Shown here: piece after piece, positions 10,613 through 20,763 of the stretch | Layout: each line of letters starts with the position of its first letter | Position numbering within the stretch: the first letter of the stretch is position 1 | IMG/VR virus record: IMGVR_UViG_3300024294_000597 | Length of the DNA stretch: 64,000 bases | Direction: 5' to 3' (one strand) | Source of the DNA: a virus | Made by a program: the position numbers and the translations under genes | Notes under the pieces: generated by a model | The model's input: only the letters and a program-made list of their open reading frames with translations | Told to the model about the DNA's origin: nothing | Database searches by the model: none

Positions 10613-11408
10613 TTATCCAAATATAATTAACGAAGAATTTAAGGATAGGCATAGTTATAGTTTTGATACAGTACCAGATACATTTGTAGATGCATTGATG
10701 AATGAACCTAGATTTCCAGAGTCAGCAAGATTCAGAAAAGTAAAATGGATTTCACATGAGTCAGGTATCCCTTGGTTAGTATTAGATGTACCGAAGTTTG
10801 ACTGGAAAGCATGTTACGATGAAGCAATGGCAGTATACGATGAAGCTATTCAACATAGAAAAAATGATTACGATGAAAGTAACCCTGATGATTACGGACA
10901 CAGAGGCTGGCGTAGTTTAACATTACATGGTTTAGGTAAACATGTATCTCAGCATTGGGATAGTAAAGATGTTAAAGCTATGGGTTTCGATTTTAAAAGT
11001 GAAGAAGAAGTAAGAGAAGCATATCATTGGACAGAGATTGCAGATAAATGTCCTAAGACAGTAGAAATGATTAAGTCTATCCCAGGTTATATGTCATTCG
11101 ATAGAGTTCGTTATATGTACTTAGAACCAGGAGGATACATTACTCCTCACAATGATTATGAACACAATAAGCTAGGACCATTGAATATATCGCTAAACAA
11201 TCCTGAGCATTGTTATTTTAAAATGATTGATGATAATGCATATGTTCCGTGGAAGCCCGGTAAGATGATTAAGATGAATGTAGGACACCAACATGCAGTG
11301 ATGAATGATACAGATGAAGTTAGAGTTCATATGATTGTTCATGGGCAGTATGGTGGTAGAGGTTATGAAGATATTATGTTAAACAGTTGGAATAAAATTA
11401 ATGAATAA
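10602..11408 (+). CDS. Fe(II)/2OG oxygenase, aspartyl/asparaginyl beta-hydroxylase-like
   Basis: RVRYMYLEPGGYITPHND (HxD), distal HAVMN, RVHMIVH. Confidence 0.8.
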   Translation: MTINYPNIINEEFKDRHSYSFDTVPDTFVDALMNEPRFPESARFRKVKWISHESGIPWLVLDVPKFDWKACYDEAMAVYDEAIQHRKNDYDESNPDDYGHRGWRSLTLHGLGKHVSQHWDSKDVKAMGFDFKSEEEVREAYHWTEIADKCPKTVEMIKSIPGYMSFDRVRYMYLEPGGYITPHNDYEHNKLGPLNISLNNPEHCYFKMIDDNAYVPWKPGKMIKMNVGHQHAVMNDTDEVRVHMIVHGQYGGRGYEDIMLNSWNKINE

Positions 11409-13002
11409 ACACACAGACCATCAACGCTCAACCAATTTTATTAAAGCAATACGATGTGCAGTATTAGATACATCTAAAACTATTGGCGATGAAGAAGTAT
11501 CAAACTATAATAGACAAATTACTTACAATTTTCTTAGAAATAATTATAGTCATTATCGACATAAGATTTACGAAGAAGATTCAGTTGATAAGATATTAGC
11601 AGACTTAGCCAACGATCCAAACGAAGAAGATATTGTCCTTCTAGTAGTTCAGGCATATGGTAATATACTATATGACACGTGGCAACCATTGGAGCATGGA
11701 TATAGTTTATTCAGAGAGTATTGTAACTATGATTGGTTAGAAGATGCAAAGGCAAATAAATTCCTATTGATGGGACATATTCTTGACGAACAACACAAAG
11801 ACCGATGGTTTAGATTACACGAACAATGCTTTGTTATCAATTATCCTATGTGGAAAGCTATGGGTAGACCAGCGTTTGGGGACTTTGGAGTTAAACAACA
11901 CGAAGTTAGACAAGCTATTCGTAGCATGGAAAACTTCCACGACGGTCATACACCTAAATATTTGGCACCGGGGCCCGCACAAGAGACAATTAACAGAACA
12001 GGCTTTGGTTGGAACTTAATTGCAAAGAGTTTAGAGGCAGGACTACCAGTAAGAAACTTTGATGAACAGGCACGTAAGACTAAGACATACTTGTATCCAG
12101 AGATTAAAGAGGAACAGGAAGAGTTCAAAAAATTCTTTAGAGAAGGATGTGCAGAGTTTAAACCAGAGGAAAGCAACCTAGGAGATAGCAAAAAAGAATT
12201 CTTACAATATCAGAGTTACACAGTTAAACGCTCACCAGATGCTATATGGGTTATGAATACAGAATCAGTTAATGATGTATACTTTGTTCCTAGAAAGTTT
12301 CCACTAAAGAATATCTATAGCGTAGCCGCAGGATTTAAAACATTTGCATTCTTAAATGGTTGGAACCCTGATACTGATGTAGAGACTGTAGGGATTAATT
12401 ACTTTGATATATCAGCAAACAGTTTAGAAGCAAGAAAGTGGATGCACAATGAATGGGATCCGCAAGACTTTAATCAATACTTAGATTACTTGCATGACGA
12501 ATGGTATAAAACTGATAAAGCGTTGATATCAATATACGAAGACTTTAACTTTGAAGCTCCTAACTGGGATAGTGAAAGAGAAAAGGCAAAAGAGGCATAT
12601 CAGAAAAGTATTCTAAGAATATTTGATACGATGGAAGACTTCTACGCAATGCATGAAAAGGTAAAACATAATCCTAACATCACATATGGTGTTGCTGATT
12701 TATGTAGAAATGCACAGCCTCTTATAGATAGAATTAAACCACACGAAGAAGGATATGACAGTGTGGTGTGGAGTAGTAATTATATTACTACAAGATATAC
12801 AACATGGTTGCTATCATACGAAGAACGTAGAGCAGGCTACAAAGATGTAGTCAATAAAATGTGCGAGAAAAACAAACATCTTAGATTGCATAGTGCAGAT
12901 TGGGATGGGTCTCCTACTAGGGGAATGAAACTAGAAGAAATTAATCATGCGTATGGATATCCGGAAGAGTTATTTTTAAAATGGCGAAGCAAAAAGAACT
13001 AA
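11401..13002 (+). CDS. Hypothetical 533-aa protein, possibly transferase (C-terminal SAM-binding-like segment)
   Basis: Long coupled ORF in the operon; YSVAAGF...INYFDIS weakly resembles Rossmann methyltransferase motifs. Confidence 0.4.
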   Translation: MNKHTDHQRSTNFIKAIRCAVLDTSKTIGDEEVSNYNRQITYNFLRNNYSHYRHKIYEEDSVDKILADLANDPNEEDIVLLVVQAYGNILYDTWQPLEHGYSLFREYCNYDWLEDAKANKFLLMGHILDEQHKDRWFRLHEQCFVINYPMWKAMGRPAFGDFGVKQHEVRQAIRSMENFHDGHTPKYLAPGPAQETINRTGFGWNLIAKSLEAGLPVRNFDEQARKTKTYLYPEIKEEQEEFKKFFREGCAEFKPEESNLGDSKKEFLQYQSYTVKRSPDAIWVMNTESVNDVYFVPRKFPLKNIYSVAAGFKTFAFLNGWNPDTDVETVGINYFDISANSLEARKWMHNEWDPQDFNQYLDYLHDEWYKTDKALISIYEDFNFEAPNWDSEREKAKEAYQKSILRIFDTMEDFYAMHEKVKHNPNITYGVADLCRNAQPLIDRIKPHEEGYDSVVWSSNYITTRYTTWLLSYEERRAGYKDVVNKMCEKNKHLRLHSADWDGSPTRGMKLEEINHAYGYPEELFLKWRSKKN

Positions 13003-14216
13003 AATATATTAAGTTTGATGTTGGTGTGTTACACCTAGAGTTAACCTCAAGATGTAATGCCCTTTGTCCTATGTGTGCGAGAACCACAGGACTAGACCAT
13101 GACGGAGTTGTGTTAAAGAAACGTGATGATTTGCAATTGGTTGATACAGATCCGCAGTTGCTTTATAATATGCTAGAAGAAATGAAACCTTTCTTGCCTA
13201 ATCATGTTTTTATCAATGGCAACTTTGGTGATCCAATTATGTATCCTCACTTACAAGAGGTTATTAAGATGTACATTGATGCTGGTGTTCCACAAGTAAC
13301 GCTTAGTACAAATGGTGGGGTGCATCCAGCAGAGTGGTGGGTTAAACTTGCTAAGATGATGCGTAAACAAGATAAAGTTATTTTTGCTATTGATGGATTA
13401 GAAGATACTAATCACTTATACAGAGTTAACACTAAATGGGATATTATCATGCGTAATGCGAAAGCATTTATAGGAGCAGGAGGATTTGCTAGATGGGATT
13501 ATATTGCATTTGCACACAATGAACATCAGATTGAAGAAGCAAGACAGTTAGCAGATGAAATGGGTTTTATAAAATTTAGATATAAAAAATCAAATCGTTA
13601 TGTAATACCTAAAGATTATAGTGCAGATCCAGATACTCCTAGAGAAGATGAGTCAATAGAAAAGAAAACAACGATTAAGTTTGTATCAAAGCAACACCAG
13701 AAGAAAGACCCAATGCAAAAAGAAACAGTATTAGAAGCACCAAAGAAAACAGATGCATCTAATACTACAAAGAATTTTGAAGCAATACTAAAAGAACATA
13801 AGACATTTGATAACTATGTAAAGACAACACAAATTGATTGTCAAACAGCTAGAGATAAAAGTATCTTTGTAGATTATAAAGGCAAAGTGTGGCCATGTTG
13901 TTGGCAGGGGCATTACTATAGTACAGTAGGCGAAGATAAAGGTACGCAGAAAAGAATAGATGACAGAATTGAGTTAGAAAATAAGTACGGAAAAGACTTT
14001 AATGACTTGTCAAAGCACTCAATTTTTGATATACTTAATACAGAATACTATGCAAAAGACCTAGTTGATAGCTGGCGTAACGAGAGCAAACGTCTATTCA
14101 TATGTGGTAAAACATGTGGCAAAGATTTAGACTTTAGAGGCAATAGCAAGAAGAATTATGAGGACACAGAAATGAAAGATAACGAAGAAAAACAAACGAG
14201 CGTTCATCATGTCTGA
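12981..14216 (+). CDS. Radical SAM enzyme (type B)
   Basis: CNALCPMC, NGNFGDP, WPCCW, CGKTCG; paralog of 6887..7975. Confidence 0.9.
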   Translation: MAKQKELKYIKFDVGVLHLELTSRCNALCPMCARTTGLDHDGVVLKKRDDLQLVDTDPQLLYNMLEEMKPFLPNHVFINGNFGDPIMYPHLQEVIKMYIDAGVPQVTLSTNGGVHPAEWWVKLAKMMRKQDKVIFAIDGLEDTNHLYRVNTKWDIIMRNAKAFIGAGGFARWDYIAFAHNEHQIEEARQLADEMGFIKFRYKKSNRYVIPKDYSADPDTPREDESIEKKTTIKFVSKQHQKKDPMQKETVLEAPKKTDASNTTKNFEAILKEHKTFDNYVKTTQIDCQTARDKSIFVDYKGKVWPCCWQGHYYSTVGEDKGTQKRIDDRIELENKYGKDFNDLSKHSIFDILNTEYYAKDLVDSWRNESKRLFICGKTCGKDLDFRGNSKKNYEDTEMKDNEEKQTSVHHV

Positions 14217-15630
14217 TACATTTTGTATCTTACCTTGGATAAACATATCAACACGTGCCAATGGCGATTTGCGTGTTTGTTGTCATGCCAATCAAGGGCC
14301 TACAAGAGGTATATATAAAAAAGAGAATGGTGAAAATTATAATCTTAAACAAGATAAGATTACAGATGCAATCAATTCTCCTCTTGCAAAAGATATTCGT
14401 AAGACAATGCTTGAAGGCAAATGGCATGCAGAATGCATTAGATGTTTACGTGAAGAAAAAGCAGGCATGAAGTCCAGACGTATCAATGATGGTGAAAGAT
14501 TTGCTCAACATATAACATTAGAACAAGCACAAACACATACCTCAGAAGATGGCAAGATTGATTTAAATCATATTAAACAGACTTACTATGATATTAGATT
14601 GGGTAACTTCTGTAATCTTAAATGTCGCATGTGTTCTCCTATGGATAGTAGTTCTTGGTATGATGATTATGTTAAGATGTGGGGTACAAATAAGTTTAAA
14701 GATACTCATGGTATTGTTGAAATGTACAAAAACAATAAAGGCAGATTTGTTGCACACGATTATGATTGGGTTAAGAAAGACCATTTCTGGGAGAACCTAA
14801 AAGAAAATGTATCAGGTATGCAACATGTATATCTAGTTGGTGGTGAACCTCTTATCATTGAAGAACATTATGATTTCTTAAAGTATTGTGTTGAAGTAGA
14901 TAAAGCAAAAGAAATGACACTTGAATACAATACTAACTTAACTAACATTCAGCCTAGAGCATTAGAGTTATGGAAACAATTTAAGCAAGTTCAGTTTGGT
15001 ATATCAATGGACGGAATAGGGGAGACATTAGAATATGTACGTAACCCACTTAAATCAAAACTGATGGAAAAGAATTTAAAGAGGCTAGATGAAGTTGGAT
15101 TAGAGAAAATGAATTTCAGAGCCTGGATAGCATTTACTATTGGTGCCCTGAATGCTTTTCATTTTACAGATTTCTTAAAGTGGAAGATAGAACAAGACTT
15201 TGCAGTTATATCTCCTATGTTAAAGAATAATCCTAAGCCATTTATTAACGCACACCCAATACATAGACCACATGAATTAGCAACAAGATTTCTACCATTA
15301 GAAGTAAAAGACCAAGTACGAGACAAATGGGAAGAATTTAGAACAGAGTTCAAAACAGAAATAGTAAATAACATTGACTATCATTCACTTGCTAAGAAGA
15401 ACCCTATGGCAATGGGAATGATTAAGCCTGCAAATAAAGAGTGGGCTATAATGAAGATGGACCAATTACTTGATAATAATATTAAGTTCATGTATGATGA
15501 AGATTGGTTCACAGAAGAAAATAATAAGAAGTTCTGGCAATACAATGAAAAACTTGATGGAATCAGAAACGAAAACATGGAAAAACAATTACCAGAGTTG
15601 TATAATGCAATGAAGAAATATAAGGTTTAA
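14209..15630 (+). CDS. Radical SAM enzyme (type A)
   Basis: CILPW..CC..CIRC, CNLKCRMC, VGGEP. Confidence 0.9.
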   Translation: MSDTFCILPWINISTRANGDLRVCCHANQGPTRGIYKKENGENYNLKQDKITDAINSPLAKDIRKTMLEGKWHAECIRCLREEKAGMKSRRINDGERFAQHITLEQAQTHTSEDGKIDLNHIKQTYYDIRLGNFCNLKCRMCSPMDSSSWYDDYVKMWGTNKFKDTHGIVEMYKNNKGRFVAHDYDWVKKDHFWENLKENVSGMQHVYLVGGEPLIIEEHYDFLKYCVEVDKAKEMTLEYNTNLTNIQPRALELWKQFKQVQFGISMDGIGETLEYVRNPLKSKLMEKNLKRLDEVGLEKMNFRAWIAFTIGALNAFHFTDFLKWKIEQDFAVISPMLKNNPKPFINAHPIHRPHELATRFLPLEVKDQVRDKWEEFRTEFKTEIVNNIDYHSLAKKNPMAMGMIKPANKEWAIMKMDQLLDNNIKFMYDEDWFTEENNKKFWQYNEKLDGIRNENMEKQLPELYNAMKKYKV

Positions 15631-15631
15631 T

Positions 15632-16798
15632 ATGGATAATATAGATAAAGACTCTCTCAAGTGGTCACAATATGACTTTACTCAGATACCATTTGATGAT
15701 ATTGTCAAAGTAGGACAACGTACTCTATTATATAGAGATTTGTTTTCAGTATCTTGGTTACTAGGTCGTTTCTGTAACTACAAGTGTAGTTATTGTTGGC
15801 CTTATGCTAGGTCAGATAGAAAAGACCATAGACCTACAGAATTGTGTTTAGCAACTATTGATGAAATAAAGAGACAAGCACGTGCTAATGGATTTAATAG
15901 TTTTCACTTTAGTTTAAGTGGAGGTGAGCCTACATTCCATCCAGGATACCTTGACATGTTGGAGCATCTGGCTAATGACGTTCCTAACTGTAATTATACT
16001 AGTGTACACATGACCTCAAATATATCTCGTAAAATGGATTGGTTTAAAAAGTATTGCGAGATTGTAGGCAAAGTACACCGTGCCAGTATTACTGCATCAT
16101 TTCATAGAGAGTTTGCGGACAAAGTAGAGTTTGCAGATAAACTATTGTTATGCATGGAATATGATGTACAAGTAACAATCAATATGGTTTTAGTACCAGA
16201 TAGATTTGACGTTGATTGGGAGAATGCATTGTACTTTCATAATCGTGGTATAAACGTTACTCTAAAGCCACAGAGTGACCCTACAGCGTCTTTCGTTGTA
16301 AAGGGATATACAGAGAAGCAATTAGAAATTATGCAGAATGGTATGCCTCAACGTGCATACACAGATGATTTACAAAAGACAACAGGCAAAAAGATTATAA
16401 GACCTAAGCCAAAGAAAACTATGTGGAACCAAGACATAATGAATGGTGATGATAAAGGTGTCCCACCAATTATGCAAGTAGAGTTTGAAGACAGCAAGGG
16501 AAAGAAATGGTACATGGACCAAGCAGAACGTTTCAATGCTTTTAACTTTAATAAGTTCAAAGGTTGGGATTGTACGAGTGGGTTTAAAGGTATTATTATT
16601 AGAGAACCTGATGGCTCTATCAAGCGTTCATACAGTTGTTCGGATGAGCCTCTAGGATATGTAGAGAGTGGGTTCAAGTTGTTTGACGCACCTAAAGTAT
16701 GTATCAGTGAGAGTTGCGTATCAAGTGCGGATAGCAAGATACCTAAACGTGCACCAGGCTCAATGGTCAGGATATACCCTAATGAAAAGATTGGATAA
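15632..16798 (+). CDS. Radical SAM enzyme (type C)
   Basis: WLLGRFCNYKCSYC, SGGEPT, C-terminal Cys cluster. Confidence 0.9.
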   Translation: MDNIDKDSLKWSQYDFTQIPFDDIVKVGQRTLLYRDLFSVSWLLGRFCNYKCSYCWPYARSDRKDHRPTELCLATIDEIKRQARANGFNSFHFSLSGGEPTFHPGYLDMLEHLANDVPNCNYTSVHMTSNISRKMDWFKKYCEIVGKVHRASITASFHREFADKVEFADKLLLCMEYDVQVTINMVLVPDRFDVDWENALYFHNRGINVTLKPQSDPTASFVVKGYTEKQLEIMQNGMPQRAYTDDLQKTTGKKIIRPKPKKTMWNQDIMNGDDKGVPPIMQVEFEDSKGKKWYMDQAERFNAFNFNKFKGWDCTSGFKGIIIREPDGSIKRSYSCSDEPLGYVESGFKLFDAPKVCISESCVSSADSKIPKRAPGSMVRIYPNEKIG

Positions 16799-17702
16799 GA
16801 TAGATTTATTTACAAGACATTGTGAGAATAGACAACAGGCTATTCGTAAAGCAAAAGCTATTGTAGATGAAGATGTTATTAAAGTAGGAAGTTCAGTTAA
16901 TATCTTTAATGACTCTTATGACTTTTCAATACTACATGACCAAATGGCATTCATAGAACAATATGACAAGTGGATACATTCTAGTAAAAAGTTTAAGATA
17001 AAAGGGTTAGATAAGTTTCCTATACGATTAGTAACCAATGGTATTACTGATGCATTCACAGACTTCTATGAAAATGCAGTAGACTTAAACGTATTCAGAG
17101 GTGAGTACACGTATCATAAGGACTTAGGAATACCTGTATTAGAATCTTTCTCAGATATAGAAGAAAATATGTTTATTATCATAAGCTATCCATTTAGTGC
17201 TACAGGAAATGTACACCATGATTGGAGTAAGATTATGCGTATATGCGAGAAGAAAAATTGTGAAGTTTTTATAGACTGTTGCTTGTTTGGTGTCTCAGAA
17301 GTCGAGGCCTTGGATTTAAGCTACGATTGTATTACACATGTAGCTTTTAGCTTTAGTAAAACATTTTCAACTGGCGGCCTGCGTACAGGCATTCTATATA
17401 AGAAATTACGTGAACAGACACCATTGCAGTTACAGAATGAACATTACTATACACAAATGGCAGGAATGAAAATACATTCAGAATTAATGAAAGCGTTCAG
17501 TCCTGACTATATGTGTAATAAATACAGAGATAAGCAAGTTGAGTTATGCAAAAAACTAGAGATAGAACCAAGTGATAGTGTTATATTTGGCATAAGCAAC
17601 AAGGAAGAACACAAACACTTTGAAAGGGATGGGTATATTAATAGATTATGCCTGTCTTATGCATTGCAAGAACATGACAAGAAGTATGAGGATTTCGAAT
17701 GA
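16782..17702 (+). CDS. PLP-dependent aminotransferase/lyase-like protein (fold type I)
   Basis: SYPFSATGN, FIDCC, SFSKTF (PLP lysine), GLRTG; start moved to ATG 16782. Confidence 0.7.
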   Translation: MKRLDKIDLFTRHCENRQQAIRKAKAIVDEDVIKVGSSVNIFNDSYDFSILHDQMAFIEQYDKWIHSSKKFKIKGLDKFPIRLVTNGITDAFTDFYENAVDLNVFRGEYTYHKDLGIPVLESFSDIEENMFIIISYPFSATGNVHHDWSKIMRICEKKNCEVFIDCCLFGVSEVEALDLSYDCITHVAFSFSKTFSTGGLRTGILYKKLREQTPLQLQNEHYYTQMAGMKIHSELMKAFSPDYMCNKYRDKQVELCKKLEIEPSDSVIFGISNKEEHKHFERDGYINRLCLSYALQEHDKKYEDFE

Positions 17703-18319
17703 GTGTAGAAAAATTAGATATAGATTTTAATTACAAAAGACTTTTAGGTGAGTTTAAAGGATTAGGAATAGAACAGAAACTTATCGATAACGAAAAACAA
17801 ATAGCAGTTCAATGCAGAGAAGGCATTAAAGGGGAGAAGCAACTATTAGATAGTTGTGGTAGTTTGATATATGATTGGGATGATTATTTTCCTGAGAAAG
17901 ATTATGAAAACTCTGGTCCTAAAGTGCGTGACGTAATATTACAAGAGGAACAGTTTGATTTACTATGTGACCTATGGAAAGATACTTACATAGGGGAAGT
18001 AGTTAATGCGTTAAACGAGAAATATGGAGTCCTGAGAGGTAGATTTATGATGTTAGGTATGAAGACATGCTTAACTTATCATAAAGATAAGACGCCTAGA
18101 TTGCATATTCCTCTAGTAACACATGATGATTGCTTTATGGTTATAGATGATAAAGTATGTAGAATACCATATGGTGGTGTATATAAAGTTGATACAACTA
18201 AAGTACACACAGCCATAAATGCAAGTAAAATACTAAGAACCCATTTAGTGTTTTGTTTACCTAAACCTAAAATAGATAAATCAAAAAGATTACCTTGGGA
18301 AAATACTATACCTTTTTAA
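17699..18319 (+). CDS. Fe(II)/2OG oxygenase, Asp/Asn beta-hydroxylase-like
   Basis: TYHKD, RLHIPL, HTAIN, RTHLV. Confidence 0.75.
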   Translation: MSVEKLDIDFNYKRLLGEFKGLGIEQKLIDNEKQIAVQCREGIKGEKQLLDSCGSLIYDWDDYFPEKDYENSGPKVRDVILQEEQFDLLCDLWKDTYIGEVVNALNEKYGVLRGRFMMLGMKTCLTYHKDKTPRLHIPLVTHDDCFMVIDDKVCRIPYGGVYKVDTTKVHTAINASKILRTHLVFCLPKPKIDKSKRLPWENTIPF

Positions 18320-19197
18320 ACAGCCATTGGTGCTTTTATAAACGGTTCCGGGTCATAACCAACAAGTTCAAAGTCTTCCATTTTAAAATCATCTATTGAT
18401 TCTACAGTTCTGTTGATTTTTAATTTAGGGTATGGTTTAGCAGTTCTACCTAATTGTGTTTTGATTGCATCACTATGATTGACATATACATGCACATCAC
18501 CAAAGATATGATTCAGTTCACCTACACCTAGTTTGCATACATGTGCAATCATATATGTTAATAAAGAATATGATGCAATGTTAAATGGAACTCCTAAGAA
18601 TAAATCTGCACTACGTTGGTACATGTTACAATGTAATCTATTATCATTGGATACATAAAACTGTGCCATAGTATGACATGGAGGTAAAGCCATCATATCT
18701 ATATCACTTGGATTCCATGCATTAAGAATATGCCTACGTGATTGTGGATTCTCTTTAATACCTTTTATTAGTTCAGCTATCTGGTCAACTCTACGTCTAG
18801 CACCGTTGTATGAGCGCCATTGGACGCCATATACGGGTCCTAAGTTCTTTTCTGTATCAGTGTTAGTAAAGCCTAAGTCTTTGCCTTGATTATCTGCATT
18901 AGCAGTCCAGATAGTATTCTTGTCTATAAGTTCTTCTCTAGGTTTACCATAATGAATTTCTGCTAGTCTACGTTCATCACTGGAACCTTCTAAGAACCAA
19001 AGTAGTTCACTGAGTACTGCTTTAAAGTTTACTTTCTTTGTAGTTAGTAGGGGATATCCAGCTTCTAATTCAAAGTTTAAATGTGAAAAAAACTTACTAC
19101 GAGTTCCGGTACCAGTTCTTTCTTGGTCTCTTAGTTCTCCTTGGTTGATAACATAGTATAGCAGTTCTAAATATTCTTCTTCACTCCAATTAGACAT
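18316..19197 (-). CDS. thyA: Thymidylate synthase
   Basis: RTGTGT, ELLWF, GPVYG, ALPPCH, YQRSAD, FNIASY; uninterrupted. Confidence 0.97.
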   Translation of the reverse strand: MSNWSEEEYLELLYYVINQGELRDQERTGTGTRSKFFSHLNFELEAGYPLLTTKKVNFKAVLSELLWFLEGSSDERRLAEIHYGKPREELIDKNTIWTANADNQGKDLGFTNTDTEKNLGPVYGVQWRSYNGARRRVDQIAELIKGIKENPQSRRHILNAWNPSDIDMMALPPCHTMAQFYVSNDNRLHCNMYQRSADLFLGVPFNIASYSLLTYMIAHVCKLGVGELNHIFGDVHVYVNHSDAIKTQLGRTAKPYPKLKINRTVESIDDFKMEDFELVGYDPEPFIKAPMAV

Positions 19198-19642
19198 TCT
19201 TATTCCTCATTTTACTTTTTCTATTTACTCTTTCAACATATACAACAGCCCGTTTTAACATATCGATATCGTCATAAAATCCACCAAGTGTTCTGTTACA
19301 TTTATGACATAGCCAACCTTTGAATTCATCTGTATCATGGTCATGGTCTACACACCAAACACTGCGATTCTTTCCGCCTATCCCTTGTAACTCTTGTTCG
19401 TTCTTTAAACATATAGGACAACAAAAATCTTTAGCAGGTCTTACGTGTTGTTTTCTAAGTCTGGCTCTGACTGTTTGTAAATGCTTTTCGCATTTTTTAC
19501 ATTCATGTCTTTGTTTTCGTATACCAAAGTTTATTCCCCAACTAAAATTGTCAGATTCCAATATCTCATTGCATTTGGAACATTGTTTAAAAGTTGTTTC
19601 TGGTTCTTTATCACCATCGAAAAGATTATTAAAGCTATTCAA
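19190..19642 (-). CDS. Endonuclease VII-family (putative free-standing homing) endonuclease
   Basis: CPIC...VDHDH...GWLCHKCNRTLG plus N-terminal CxxC pairs; overlaps both flanking genes; TTG start at 19642 or 19660. Confidence 0.8.
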   Translation of the reverse strand: MNSFNNLFDGDKEPETTFKQCSKCNEILESDNFSWGINFGIRKQRHECKKCEKHLQTVRARLRKQHVRPAKDFCCPICLKNEQELQGIGGKNRSVWCVDHDHDTDEFKGWLCHKCNRTLGGFYDDIDMLKRAVVYVERVNRKSKMRNKNV

Positions 19643-20159
19643 TTCTCTGCCACACTTCAAATGTACAATGGGGTTCCGGGTGTGGGTTTAATTCTTTACT
19701 TGCTGTTAATTGTGTATAATCTTTTAAATAAGTTGTTATATCACATGTAGTATCCACTGAATGAACACCATCTATCCTTGTCAAATAAATCTTATCACAA
19801 AATTTATAAGCATCATCGTATAAGTGTTTACCACCAATGATGAATATTTCTTTACTAGGGTGTCTTGATTGAATTGCAGTAACAATATTTTCTAATGAAT
19901 ATTCTGTATGGTCATATAAATCATGGGCACCTGTGAATTCATCCATACTCTTAGATGTTATTACGTAATTAATTCTATTCTTAAGTGGGGCTATTTTGCC
20001 TAAACTTTTCCATGTATTTGAACCCATAACAACTACATTATCTGTAGTATGTTCCGAAAACCATTTCAAGTCTCGTTTGATTTTAGCCCAAGGTAAATCG
20101 TTGTTATAACCAATGCCACCGTAACTATCAGCGGCGAGAATCATATTAGTCGCCATCAT
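19635..20159 (-). CDS. folA: Dihydrofolate reductase
   Basis: GIGYNNDLPW, DLKWF, VVMGSNTW, PLKNRIN, FIIGG. Confidence 0.93.
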   Translation of the reverse strand: MMATNMILAADSYGGIGYNNDLPWAKIKRDLKWFSEHTTDNVVVMGSNTWKSLGKIAPLKNRINYVITSKSMDEFTGAHDLYDHTEYSLENIVTAIQSRHPSKEIFIIGGKHLYDDAYKFCDKIYLTRIDGVHSVDTTCDITTYLKDYTQLTASKELNPHPEPHCTFEVWQRIE

Positions 20160-20490
20160 CCTTCTCCTGTTTCTTATTGGACTTAGTTTCTAAGTACTCT
20201 ATGAAATGATTATTTAGTATCTTTTTCACATTCATTACTACGTTTTGCCTAATAGCAGGCATATCAATGAATACTTGGATATCTTCTATTGCATCGAATT
20301 GCTCTACAAGTCTATCCCAACTAAAATCATTAGCAACAGGTAAAGGATTTAGTAACTCATCGCCTTTGAGGACGACATGCTGACCGTTCGCTAGTTTAAC
20401 ACTTATGCTTTTAACAAAAGCTGAAGGAATACTTACTGGAAATATCTCTTCCATTACTCGGTCGAATTCTCCTTCTCTATCAAATTCCAT
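20146..20490 (-). CDS. Hypothetical protein
   Basis: Coupled ORF, 114 aa. Confidence 0.6.
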   Translation of the reverse strand: MEFDREGEFDRVMEEIFPVSIPSAFVKSISVKLANGQHVVLKGDELLNPLPVANDFSWDRLVEQFDAIEDIQVFIDMPAIRQNVVMNVKKILNNHFIEYLETKSNKKQEKDDGD

Positions 20491-20759
20491 TATGATAATT
20501 CGTCCTTGTCTTTCATAGAATCAATATGCTCTATTGCGGCTAAGATTACTGCACCTGCTTTAATGAGGTTTTCTTTATAATCATCCGCTGTTGGTGGAGT
20601 AAGCATAGTGGCTCTCCGGGTGTTCTGTACAAGATAGTAAGAAGCTATTGCAACCCAATCATTGGGTGTGTTCTTAATATCTAATTCTGAACCTGGCATA
20701 TCTGTATGCTTTTCACGTTCACGTGTAATTGCATCTAATATTTCACTACGCTTACTCAT
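20490..20759 (-). CDS. Small helical protein, possibly MazG-like NTP pyrophosphohydrolase fold
   Basis: Start MSKRSEIL at 20759; ERE...W...ENLIKAGAVILAAIE resembles phage MazG-like proteins, but the catalytic ExxE is not evident. Confidence 0.4.
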   Translation of the reverse strand: MSKRSEILDAITREREKHTDMPGSELDIKNTPNDWVAIASYYLVQNTRRATMLTPPTADDYKENLIKAGAVILAAIEHIDSMKDKDELS

Positions 20760-20763
20760 AGTT

